Below, piece by piece: positions 17,696 to 26,375 of a stretch of 32,000 bases of DNA (position 1 is its first letter; every line of letters starts with the position of its first letter). Where the stretch lies: the NCBI GenBank assembly GCA_030614005.1, contig JAUWKS010000025.1:12275-44274 (forward strand), written 5' to 3'. The notes below the pieces were generated by a model, which saw only the letters and a list, made by a program, of their open reading frames with translations, was not told where the DNA came from and did not search any database. The translations under genes and the position numbers were made by a program. This stretch comes from Candidatus Heimdallarchaeota archaeon (GTDB taxonomy: Archaea > Asgardarchaeota > Heimdallarchaeia > JABLTI01).

Positions 17696-18769
17696 CTATT
17701 GAATCACATCTCTTCGTTTTTTTGTAAAGAATGCTCTGTAGATTTCTGGTGACTCATCAAAAATTTCCTCAGCGATATAGCTGATTATTCGCTGTCCTAA
17801 GTCTTGTTTCATATGGGCGCGGTTATGTGTTAAATATGCTGGAGTTATGAACCCGTTTCCATCGTGATATGTTACAAGTGCTTGTTGAATATCCTTTAGA
17901 AATTTCTTCTGGGGTATAAGTGAATCAATTCGTATCGGAAGGCCACCTTCCTTCAAGATGAAATAGCTTAAATAAAATGATTGGATTTCCTTTTCTTGAA
18001 AAACTTCTGAAGCTTTCCAAATTTTCTCTCGGAGTTCACTTATTGTTGGTGTAAATTCAATTGGTTTAGTGAATCCTGTTTTGCCATTTGCTATAACATT
18101 TACAAGAGTGACATCATTAAACTGAAGTTTTTTCTTTTGAGCAAATAAATGCTTGCCAAGAATATCTGCTCGCGAATCCTTTGAAACACCGACTAAAATT
18201 ACCTCTTTTTCTATACATTTGGTTATTAATTTGTATGCTGATTGAATAAATTCTTGATACAGACTTAGGAATTTATCGATATAACTTCCTTCTTCGATAG
18301 AACTAATATCATCAATAGAATATTTCAAACTATGTGGAATACCTTTGTAGGCAAAATTAGTTATCGAACCATCTAAAAATAAAATATCCGGTTTTTCTTC
18401 CATTAATTGGAGCGCTACTTTTACCTCGAGTAAATCTCTAAAGAGTGCTCCGTAATTTCTGGAGTCATCTTCCATAGTGAGGATTTCAACATCATTTTCC
18501 TCAAACCAAATAGGATCTTTCCCTTGTTCAAAAATCGCTCCAGCTGCCCTGGCTGGCATAACAGTTATTCCAATGAAATCTTCTGAATACCCCCCTCCAT
18601 CTAAAGCAGCAATTCTCCTTGCTTTGCCTTCTTCTGGCAGCGGATAAATATTGATCTTTAAGCTTTTGATAGTATTAACTATTTTTTTGAGGTTTTTGCG
18701 AGCTAATTTAGCTTTTACTACAATTTTAGATTCAAAGGCATTGGTGTCATGATTATTCAAGTAATTCAT
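17696..18769 (-). CDS. nurA: NurA-family 5'-3' nuclease
   Basis: IAALDGG, FLDGS, LVGVSKDS and the C-terminal Y...AH-like YLTHNRAH, all typical NurA motifs. Confidence 0.88.
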   Translation of the reverse strand: MNYLNNHDTNAFESKIVVKAKLARKNLKKIVNTIKSLKINIYPLPEEGKARRIAALDGGGYSEDFIGITVMPARAAGAIFEQGKDPIWFEENDVEILTMEDDSRNYGALFRDLLEVKVALQLMEEKPDILFLDGSITNFAYKGIPHSLKYSIDDISSIEEGSYIDKFLSLYQEFIQSAYKLITKCIEKEVILVGVSKDSRADILGKHLFAQKKKLQFNDVTLVNVIANGKTGFTKPIEFTPTISELREKIWKASEVFQEKEIQSFYLSYFILKEGGLPIRIDSLIPQKKFLKDIQQALVTYHDGNGFITPAYLTHNRAHMKQDLGQRIISYIAEEIFDESPEIYRAFFTKKRRDVIQ

Positions 18770-18848
18770 CTCTGAGAGTAGTGATTATTATTTGTTTGGA
18801 AATAATTACCCATTCGCTTTATTTCAAAGTTATTATTAAAAATAGTTT

Positions 18849-19244
18849 CTAAAAACCCATTGCTTTCTCCATGTATTTTGTTGCTTCCTTCTCCTTTCCT
18901 AGGCGCTGAAGCGCTAATCCTTTGTTGAAATTTGCATCTCGATGATCTGGCGAAAGTTTCAATACTTGATCAAAATATTTTAATGCTTCATCAAATTTAT
19001 CGAATTCAATTAGTATCAATCCCATCATAAACACATAATCAAGATTGTCTGGCTGTTGAGTCAGAAGTGTTTGATAGATGTGATATGCTTCATCCAATTT
19101 GTTCAAGTGCCTTAAACATGATGCCTTCTCCAGAAGAAGTGTAATATCTTCTGGTTCTGTCTCGAGTAGGATATCTAATTCTTTGAGTTTCTTCTTATAT
19201 GTTTCATAGTCGTGGGAATGGTTATTTTTTGTCAAGACATTCAA
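18849..19244 (-). CDS. Small TPR-repeat protein
   Basis: LLEKASCLRHLNKLDEAY..Y..LL...P; GLILIEFDKFDEALKYFDQVLKLSP..RDANFNKGLALQRLGK..EA. TTG start uncertain. Confidence 0.85.
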   Translation of the reverse strand: MNVLTKNNHSHDYETYKKKLKELDILLETEPEDITLLLEKASCLRHLNKLDEAYHIYQTLLTQQPDNLDYVFMMGLILIEFDKFDEALKYFDQVLKLSPDHRDANFNKGLALQRLGKEKEATKYMEKAMGF

Positions 19245-19419
19245 CTTTAATTAGCAAATATTTGATAGTGTATAGTTTTCACTTTAAAATTCTATTTACT
19301 AATGAATAATCTATTTAGAGAAGCATTTTTTAATATCTATTAAAGGAGATATCAACTAACTTTTATTGACTGAAGAAAAGTCAATAATTAAAGAGACTTC
19401 AAGAATCTGGTGGTAACAA

Positions 19420-20832
19420 ATGTCAGGCAAAATTCAGACACAAAGAGCATTATTAGTTGAAGCAATTCTCGATAGAAAAGAAGGAGATCATCTATCCGAG
19501 CTTTCTGAATTAGCCTATGTTTCTGGATACAATGTTGTAGGAAAAGTAACTCAAAATATACAAAAATCAAATCCTGAATATTTATTTGGAAAGGGGAAAG
19601 TAAAAGAGATTAAAGGAAAAGTGAAAGAGCTACAAGTTAATGTTGTAATTATCGAAAACAAACTTGATGTTGGTCAATTAGAAAACCTCCGAAAAATGTG
19701 GAGAGTAGAAATAATTGACAGATTTGAATTAATTCTGGAGATTTTTATTAAAAGAGCAGGTACTTTGGAAGCAATAACACAAATTCGCCTTGCAGCCTTA
19801 AAAAAGATCGGAGGGTCAAGACTAGAAGATCATCGGTCAGTAGAAACTCGTCACAAAACAATCAAAAAACTTGAGACGAAACTCGACCATATTAGAAAAG
19901 CAAAAGATCTTAGAAGAAAGAGAAGGGTTAGTTCAGGGTTCGATTTAATCGCTATTTGTGGTTACACAAATGCTGGTAAAAGCACTTTAATGAATGCATT
20001 AACAAAAGCAGATGTAGAAGTAGATGGTCAAATGTTTACCACTTTGTCCACTACTACAAGAAGTTTTGAATCTTTTGGGAGAAAGATTCTCGTAACAGAT
20101 ACTGTAGGTTTTATCTCAAGATTACCCCATGTACTAATAGATGCTTTCTATGCAACATTGAAAGAAATCAAAGATGCAGATTTAATCCTCTTTTTGATTG
20201 ATTGTTATGATTCGAAAGACAATATTACTCGAAAAGTATTAGCATCAATGAATACTCTTACAGCAATTCAAGCTGAAGGAGTCCCCCTAATACCTGTATT
20301 GAACAAAATAGATATCGCAGAAAACGTTGAAGCGAAAGCTGCTGTTGTAGAAGCAGCATTAAAGACAAAACCAATATTGGTAAGTGCAAAAGATCAAATT
20401 CATTTAGTAGACCTTAAAGAACAAATTTTGACTATTCTTGAGACTTTCCACTTTCACATTAAAATTCCTAACAATAGTGAAGGTATGTCTCTGGTATCAA
20501 GTATTCATAATAAAACAAGAATAACTAACGAAGTGTATCATCATAATTGTGTAGAAATGCATTTTGAAACAAATGTTCGTTTGGGTATGATTCTCTTTAA
20601 TTTGCTGAAGAAAAGTACACTTGCTATAGAAATACTGAATAAAGAGGAATTAGAAAAACTCGTAAAACAAGAAGAAGAGGAACCAAAAGAAGATACTATA
20701 ACTGTCATAAAAGCTGATGATGGAGAAGATATATTCATTTTCGATCTTGTTGAAGACTCTGGCAAGAAATCGAAATTAACTGATACGCCAGAAAAATTTG
20801 GATCAATAACTTCATTAGAGAATAACGATTGA
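19420..20832 (+). CDS. hflX: GTPase HflX (ribosome-associated)
   Basis: YLFGKGK, IIDRFELILEIF..RAGT.EA..QI.LA.L, G1 GYTNAGKST, FTTL, DTVGFI..LP..LI.AF.ATL.E, NKID, SAK; acidic C-terminal extension. Confidence 0.95.
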   Translation: MSGKIQTQRALLVEAILDRKEGDHLSELSELAYVSGYNVVGKVTQNIQKSNPEYLFGKGKVKEIKGKVKELQVNVVIIENKLDVGQLENLRKMWRVEIIDRFELILEIFIKRAGTLEAITQIRLAALKKIGGSRLEDHRSVETRHKTIKKLETKLDHIRKAKDLRRKRRVSSGFDLIAICGYTNAGKSTLMNALTKADVEVDGQMFTTLSTTTRSFESFGRKILVTDTVGFISRLPHVLIDAFYATLKEIKDADLILFLIDCYDSKDNITRKVLASMNTLTAIQAEGVPLIPVLNKIDIAENVEAKAAVVEAALKTKPILVSAKDQIHLVDLKEQILTILETFHFHIKIPNNSEGMSLVSSIHNKTRITNEVYHHNCVEMHFETNVRLGMILFNLLKKSTLAIEILNKEELEKLVKQEEEEPKEDTITVIKADDGEDIFIFDLVEDSGKKSKLTDTPEKFGSITSLENND

Positions 20833-20841
20833 GGGAAAATA

Positions 20842-21408
20842 TTGAAGAAACAAAGAATAATCAAACAAGTATGTAGAGGAATTTTTTTCCTAGTATTTAT
20901 TTTTGTTACAATTACCCCAGCATTCGTTTTTGGTGATTATTCTAAACAGAACTTTGCACTCAATGACGAAACCGTTGAATTTCTTAATATTGAAAATGCT
21001 AATTATTATAACGGATCAATTAGTGTTACAGTTTCTACCGGTGCAAATGTTACAGCAAAAGTTAATGGCATATCAAAAATTGTTGCTCAAGGTGATACTC
21101 AAATATTTCAAATTGTGAATGTTACTGTGATAGTCTTTTCTTTAGAAACAGAAGATTCATCACAAGGTTACTTTGAAGTGAATTTAATAATTATAAATAA
21201 AGGCACAAGCGATGCTGCATATATAATATTGGCTGTTTTCGGTGGAGTAGTATTCCTATTCATAGCAATTTCTTTCTATATTCGATCAAAGAAATATCAA
21301 ACAAAGCCTGATGAAGATGAAGAATTAGCTGACCCTGAAGCTTTAAAGAAACGAAGAGAATCTGCTGGAGCAGAGAAAAAATTCTGGGGATTAAAGGATA
21401 AGAAATAA
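20842..21408 (+). CDS. Membrane protein with signal peptide, small ectodomain, TM and charged cytoplasmic tail
   Basis: Hydrophobic N-terminus, N-x-S/T sequons, TM YIILAVFGGVVFLFIAISFYI, K/E-rich tail; TTG start 10 nt after the hflX stop. Confidence 0.7.
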   Translation: MKKQRIIKQVCRGIFFLVFIFVTITPAFVFGDYSKQNFALNDETVEFLNIENANYYNGSISVTVSTGANVTAKVNGISKIVAQGDTQIFQIVNVTVIVFSLETEDSSQGYFEVNLIIINKGTSDAAYIILAVFGGVVFLFIAISFYIRSKKYQTKPDEDEELADPEALKKRRESAGAEKKFWGLKDKK

Positions 21409-21433
21409 ATTCAAGTAAATAGGATGTAAAAAA

Positions 21434-21892
21434 ATGACTTTTGATTTCTACTGTTTCAAAGAAAATGAACTATATGGTTCTGAATTACCAAAAACTCAAG
21501 AAGATTTGGATTATATCAAGAAACAAGGGATAAAGATAATTATCTCTCTAGAAGAAGCCATAAAAGAATTAGCTGAACATTCAACATTGAAAACTGATTT
21601 TGAACACATAGAATTATACATTACTGACTATGGTGTTCCAATAACTGAACAAATAGAAAAATTCCTAGAGATCTTTTCAAAAGCAAAAGAGGAGAAAAAA
21701 CCTGTTTTAGTTCATTGTTATGCTGGTTGCGGAAGGACTGGTGTGATGTTGGCTCTAGCGGAGAAATTGTTCTATAATACCAAGGACGGAGAAGAAGCAA
21801 TTAGAAATCTAAAAAAGGTACGCCCTTGTGCGTTAGAAACATCAGAACAGAGAACATTAGTAATTAATTATAAAAGGAAAAAACAAGGTTAA
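21434..21892 (+). CDS. Dual-specificity/protein tyrosine phosphatase (small, CDKN3/PTPDC1-like)
   Basis: P-loop VHCYAGCGRTG (CX5R), general-acid loop ITDYGVP, C-terminal RPCALET..Q. Confidence 0.92.
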   Translation: MTFDFYCFKENELYGSELPKTQEDLDYIKKQGIKIIISLEEAIKELAEHSTLKTDFEHIELYITDYGVPITEQIEKFLEIFSKAKEEKKPVLVHCYAGCGRTGVMLALAEKLFYNTKDGEEAIRNLKKVRPCALETSEQRTLVINYKRKKQG

Positions 21893-21907
21893 GGAGAATT
21901 TTCTCCT
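21892..21907. terminator. Short hairpin between convergent genes
   Basis: AGGAGA-attt-TCTCCT in the 21-nt gap between the phosphatase stop and the dehydrogenase stop. Confidence 0.4.
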
Positions 21908-21913
21908 CATAAC

Positions 21914-23062
21914 TTATTCTAGTTTTTCAGTTATTGGAATATTGCGTTTGCGAAGTTCCTCGATCATCATTTGTGATGGTACATTGAATTCTTGTGTAAT
22001 AACTCCTTTCTTGTTGATGGTGCCACTTGCCATCATCTGAGCGATAATAGATGCAGGATAAGCAGTCATTCTCATCATTGATGAAACATTGTTTTTTTCG
22101 TCAAAATAATCTATTACTTGTAAAGTAAATTTCTTTTTAACTTCGTCAATAAAACCAATTACTTCTACACGTAAGAGTGTTATATCTTTAGTATCTTCAT
22201 GTGTTAAATTTTTAACAAGCATCATCTCAAGAAATTCTCGCGGGGTAACAGTTCCACCGTTTATTTCTACCGATTCTTCACTATTGAATCCTAAATCGAA
22301 GATAGTTTTCATCTTCTCACAGTGACCTTTATACCGTATTGTTTTGTAATCAAGAACCTTAACTTTCCCTAAGAAAGTCTTAGGAAGAGTGGAAGTTCCT
22401 CCGGATGTTTGAAATGCCTCTAATTTACCAAATGGTTTTGGAAAAACTAATTCTTCAATTTCGGTTAGTGGTTCTACATGAGTGATTATCCCATCTCGAA
22501 TAACTTCTGCGATTTCAATATACTCATTTGTTAATCCTTGAACGTTAAATATCATCGCATAATTCAATGGCGGTTTGGGGTTTTGAGGTAATCCACCAAC
22601 TCGAATGTGAATCTCTTCAAGTGAATCGAATTTTTCTGTTCCCGCTGTAACAAACACACTAGCAACCCCTGGTGCTAAACCACAGTCAGGAATAATCGTA
22701 ACCCCTGCTTTTTTTGCTTCTTCATCAAGTGTGAATTGTTTATTTACTACTGTATTGTTTCCGCCGAGATCACAATAATTTGCACCAGAATTAATTGCAA
22801 GCTTTGATAGGTCATAATTAAATTTGTAGGAAATACAACCAATAACAGAATCAATGCCCTCCATTGCTGCTAATACTTGATCTTCATTAGATATGTCAAG
22901 CTCGATAACCTTTATCAAAGGACTATTGATCCATTTCGCAACTTCTTTTGCTTGAGATACGTCAATGTCTGCTAAGCGAATTTCATCAATATCTTTACTG
23001 TGTGCAAGATCAAATGCAACAGCTTTGCCCATATGACCGGATCCTAAGACTAGAAATTTCAT
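21914..23062 (-). CDS. Saccharopine dehydrogenase family NAD(P)-dependent oxidoreductase (lysine 6-dehydrogenase-like)
   Basis: Rossmann VLGSGHMG, YCDLGG, DCGLAPG, RVGGLP, YKTIRYKGH, SSMMRMTAYPA. Confidence 0.9.
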   Translation of the reverse strand: MKFLVLGSGHMGKAVAFDLAHSKDIDEIRLADIDVSQAKEVAKWINSPLIKVIELDISNEDQVLAAMEGIDSVIGCISYKFNYDLSKLAINSGANYCDLGGNNTVVNKQFTLDEEAKKAGVTIIPDCGLAPGVASVFVTAGTEKFDSLEEIHIRVGGLPQNPKPPLNYAMIFNVQGLTNEYIEIAEVIRDGIITHVEPLTEIEELVFPKPFGKLEAFQTSGGTSTLPKTFLGKVKVLDYKTIRYKGHCEKMKTIFDLGFNSEESVEINGGTVTPREFLEMMLVKNLTHEDTKDITLLRVEVIGFIDEVKKKFTLQVIDYFDEKNNVSSMMRMTAYPASIIAQMMASGTINKKGVITQEFNVPSQMMIEELRKRNIPITEKLE

Positions 23063-23258
23063 TTTTTTACCTCAAGAGAGATTAATACCTTAAAGTTATT
23101 TTAAATTTAGTAAAATATTGGAAAAAAGGCATATTTATACTAAATTATCACTCTATTAAGTGATATTAGGGAGTGTCAGAAAGTAAAAGTAATAAAAGAT
23201 AAGGAATAATCGTTTACTATCATAATTTGATTTAAAAAATTAAGTTAGATAAAATATT

Positions 23259-24890
23259 GTGGAGAATAAAAAATTGAAGAAACGAGTAATATATACTATG
23301 CTTATTATATCGTTAATTGCTTTTTTACCAGCTTTTTCTGGGAATGCAGCGATACCCCCAACACCATTTGATGATTCTGTGTCACCAAATGCTGTGTATG
23401 AATACGATGGAAATACCATTGAAATCATAGAAGAAACTGATGAAACGACAACAATTCTACTAAATGATACCTATGAACTAACATTGGTACATACTACTGA
23501 TCATGTAAATGTTGTATGCACAGAACTAGATAGTGGCTTGATACCTCAAGCTGATGAAATGGTGTTCAGTGTTGATTTCACAACAGACGTAGATGGACAA
23601 ACCTTGGATGTTCTTTTACCTGATATGGCTTTTCAATTGAGTAGTTCAGGATCTAATAATGATGAGTGGAATACAACAATCTTTGGCGGCGATCCAATAG
23701 AGATGAGCTATAATTCTACTACTCACGACTTTTGGGTTTTTGATTCAGTAAATACAATTGAAATGATTGCCGGAGTATTGTATATTAACGATGGTGTCGG
23801 TCCAAATGGAATGATAATAGCTCGAACAAACGAAACTGCTTGGGATATAATAACTCCAACAGGAATAGTTGTCGTGAATTATAACGCTGGAGCAAACTAC
23901 TTACATGTAGATTATATTCCAGTAGCTGGTCAAATCTATGATGGTGTATTCCCACTTGTTCCATTACCTGTTCCTATGTGGGCTGATCCAGTAATTTCTA
24001 TCGATTTTGATGGACATAGTGTAACTATCGGGTATGCCGGAGTTTCAATATGCATTCAAAGCTATATGCTTGTGTTGATTTTCGATTACATTTCAATAAC
24101 TTGGTACTTTGGTGTCTTCATCGAACGATTAGTGATTTTAATATGGGATTTAACAATAATTCTCTACATCTCTATTGTTGAACTTTTAATAGTAATCATC
24201 TACTATACTTTCGAGATTAAAATTTATGAATCACAAATAGTAATTGTCTATGAATATATTGAGATAATATTTCTTTTTATTTCGATAATTATCTGGGAAT
24301 TAACATTCATTTTCCACTTTGAATTCTGGTTTATCCAATTGATATTCATAATTGATATAGTAATCAACATAATTCTTCTACCTATTCGCTTTATCTTTAT
24401 ACCAATTATTATTCCAGTTTTCATTCCAATGATTTACTACGTTCCTGTTGTCCATACTGAATATATCAACATTTATGTTCCTTATGCTTCACCTGCTCTT
24501 TACATTGATGTTGTACAAGAAGATCTGCAAATGCCAAATCATACAATGCAATACCAAGTTACCGATCAAGCTGGTCTGGAAATAGAAGATGCAACAGTTA
24601 CTGTTGACTATAACGGGACAACTTATGATGCTACCCACACAACTGATGGAATCTATGAAGTAGAACTTCCCGCATCTACAGAGCAAGAAACTATTGCCGT
24701 TAAAGCTGTAAAACCATGGTATCCCGAAGGAAAACTCACTTACACTTTAGAAGTTGATTGGCTAATTGATACAGTGAACGTAACTCAAACAATAACTGGT
24801 GAATCATCGATAGCATTAACTGTAGTATCTATTTCAGCAGTTTCAGTACTTTTAGGATTTATACTTTTCAGAAGAAAAAGAAGAGATTAG
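23259..24890 (+). CDS. Surface-anchored protein with an extreme Ile/aromatic-rich central segment; unknown function
   Basis: Signal peptide, acidic beta-rich N-domain, 120-aa hydrophobic beta-type segment, Ig-like domain (QVTDQAG..IEDATVTV....YDA....DGIYEV), C-terminal TM + RRKRRD. Confidence 0.8.
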   Translation: MENKKLKKRVIYTMLIISLIAFLPAFSGNAAIPPTPFDDSVSPNAVYEYDGNTIEIIEETDETTTILLNDTYELTLVHTTDHVNVVCTELDSGLIPQADEMVFSVDFTTDVDGQTLDVLLPDMAFQLSSSGSNNDEWNTTIFGGDPIEMSYNSTTHDFWVFDSVNTIEMIAGVLYINDGVGPNGMIIARTNETAWDIITPTGIVVVNYNAGANYLHVDYIPVAGQIYDGVFPLVPLPVPMWADPVISIDFDGHSVTIGYAGVSICIQSYMLVLIFDYISITWYFGVFIERLVILIWDLTIILYISIVELLIVIIYYTFEIKIYESQIVIVYEYIEIIFLFISIIIWELTFIFHFEFWFIQLIFIIDIVINIILLPIRFIFIPIIIPVFIPMIYYVPVVHTEYINIYVPYASPALYIDVVQEDLQMPNHTMQYQVTDQAGLEIEDATVTVDYNGTTYDATHTTDGIYEVELPASTEQETIAVKAVKPWYPEGKLTYTLEVDWLIDTVNVTQTITGESSIALTVVSISAVSVLLGFILFRRKRRD

Positions 24891-25019
24891 TTAACTAATT
24901 TCTCTTTTTTAATATTTTTTTATTAATAATCTAATTCTATTTTTAATTAACCATACTCATATATTTTTAACTAGTACTGTTAAAATAGATAGTAATAGTT
25001 GTTAACACTGGTGAATTGA

Positions 25020-26120
25020 ATGGAAATTGAGCAACCAACGTTAATTATAGATGAGGTGCAAGTAAAAAAGAATATCAAGAAAATGGTTGAAAAAGCAAAC
25101 AAGAGTAAAGTTACTTTTCGTCCCCATTTCAAAACACATCAATCTGCAATTGTAGGTGACTGGTTTAAAAAATTTGGAGTAGAAAAAATTGCTGTCTCTT
25201 CATTAGATATGGCTGAGTATTTTGTTGACAATGGTTGGAAAGATATTACTATTGCATTTCCTTTCAATATTCGTCAAATTAAACGAATTAATAAATTAGC
25301 GAAGAAAATTACTTTGAACCTACTAGTTGAATCGTTTGATGTAATTGAATTTCTCAACGAAAATATTACTTCACAAATAAATCTCTGGATCAAAACTGAT
25401 GCAGGATATCATCGAACTGGTATTGACTGGAATGATGAAGGAACACTATCCAAGTTAATTCGCAAAATAAAAGCAGCTACAAATTTACATTTTGAGGGAC
25501 TATTGGTTCATTCAGGAAATACCTATAAAACTCGATCAAAAGAGGAGATAATAGAAATCTATGAAGATACCATACTAAAATTGAAAGACATTCAAGAACG
25601 ATTATTGCTACAAGGTTTTCCCAAAGTAAAACTTTCAATTGGAGATACTCCAAGTTGCAGTGTTATTGATGATTTTTCAGGTATTGATGAAATTAGACCC
25701 GGTAATTTTGTTTTTTATGATATGTCTCAACTTAAACTCAGTTCATGCACCAAAGATGAAATTGCTGTAGCATTGGCTTGCCCAATAGTTGCTTTGCATC
25801 CTGAACGCGAAGAGATAATCATCTATGGCGGGGGCATTCATTTATCAAAAGAATATTTATCAATAAATGAAAACCAAAAATCATTTGGTGCGATTGCTTT
25901 ACCTGCGAAAAACGGTTGGGGTGAAATTCAGGAAAATATCTACGTTAAATCAATCAGTCAAGAACATGGAATTATTCACGCTTCGAAAGAATTTCAAAAG
26001 CAGATTAAAGTCGGTGACCTTCTCTATATTATTCCAATCCATTCTTGTATGACAGCTAATTTAATGAAGAGATATTATACAACAGATGGAATTGAAATCA
26101 GAATGATGCCTCCCTTCTGA
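25020..26120 (+). CDS. Fold-type III PLP enzyme, D-threonine aldolase / D-serine dehydratase family
   Basis: RPHFKTH (PLP Lys), GYHRTGI, HSG, GDTP, EIRPGNFVFYD, SQEHG, IPIHSC (H/C metal ligands). Confidence 0.9.
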   Translation: MEIEQPTLIIDEVQVKKNIKKMVEKANKSKVTFRPHFKTHQSAIVGDWFKKFGVEKIAVSSLDMAEYFVDNGWKDITIAFPFNIRQIKRINKLAKKITLNLLVESFDVIEFLNENITSQINLWIKTDAGYHRTGIDWNDEGTLSKLIRKIKAATNLHFEGLLVHSGNTYKTRSKEEIIEIYEDTILKLKDIQERLLLQGFPKVKLSIGDTPSCSVIDDFSGIDEIRPGNFVFYDMSQLKLSSCTKDEIAVALACPIVALHPEREEIIIYGGGIHLSKEYLSINENQKSFGAIALPAKNGWGEIQENIYVKSISQEHGIIHASKEFQKQIKVGDLLYIIPIHSCMTANLMKRYYTTDGIEIRMMPPF

Positions 26121-26250
26121 CAAAAATCCAAAAAACCATTTAATATAAACTCTTTTGGTTGATATATATCAATTAATTTGATTGCGAACTTTTATATAGG
26201 TTAAAACAGCAAAATAATATTGATTAAATAGTCAAATGGCCTCTAAAAAA

Positions 26251-26286
26251 TGAACAGTTCGTGAACTGTCTGATAAGACTATTTAA
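26251..26286. promoter_or_regulatory. Conserved DNA element copy 3, upstream of the vWA gene
   Basis: TGAACAGTTCGTGAACTGT-ctgataag-ACTATTTAA; core CAGTTC-GT-GAACTG palindrome; the whole element is flanked by an 11-bp inverted repeat ATTAAATAGTC (26223..26233) / GACTATTTAAT (26277..26287). Confidence 0.7.
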
Positions 26287-26375
26287 TTAGCAAGAAGGCA
26301 ATAAGAATAAGTGAAACAGGAACGAGAGGTAGCTCATTATCAAAGCATATCTCAAAGTGGAAGGAAAGAGAAACG

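Noticed and set aside
24069-24428. Hydrophobic segment as a frameshift artefact
   Set aside because: The frame is continuous between sensible N- and C-terminal domains, and I see stop codons (TAA/TGA) in the alternative plus frames. An assembly error cannot be excluded without reads.
24886-26172. Perfect 14-bp AT palindromes ATTAGTTAACTAAT (24886..24899) and TTGATATATATCAA (26159..26172)
   Set aside because: Low-complexity AT-rich sequences next to stops or T-tracts, with no shared consensus; likely terminator-associated or chance.
11396-26286. The three-copy element as CRISPR repeats or transposon/MITE ends
   Set aside because: Copies are 248 bp and about 14.6 kb apart, imperfect and in the same orientation; no cas or transposase gene and no target-site duplication seen.
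26260-26287. The element as a dif-like tyrosine-recombinase site (imperfect arms around a 6-bp core)
   Set aside because: The cores differ among the three copies (gatggg, attaca, tgataa), arm symmetry is weak and no recombinase is nearby; an operator/promoter role is simpler.
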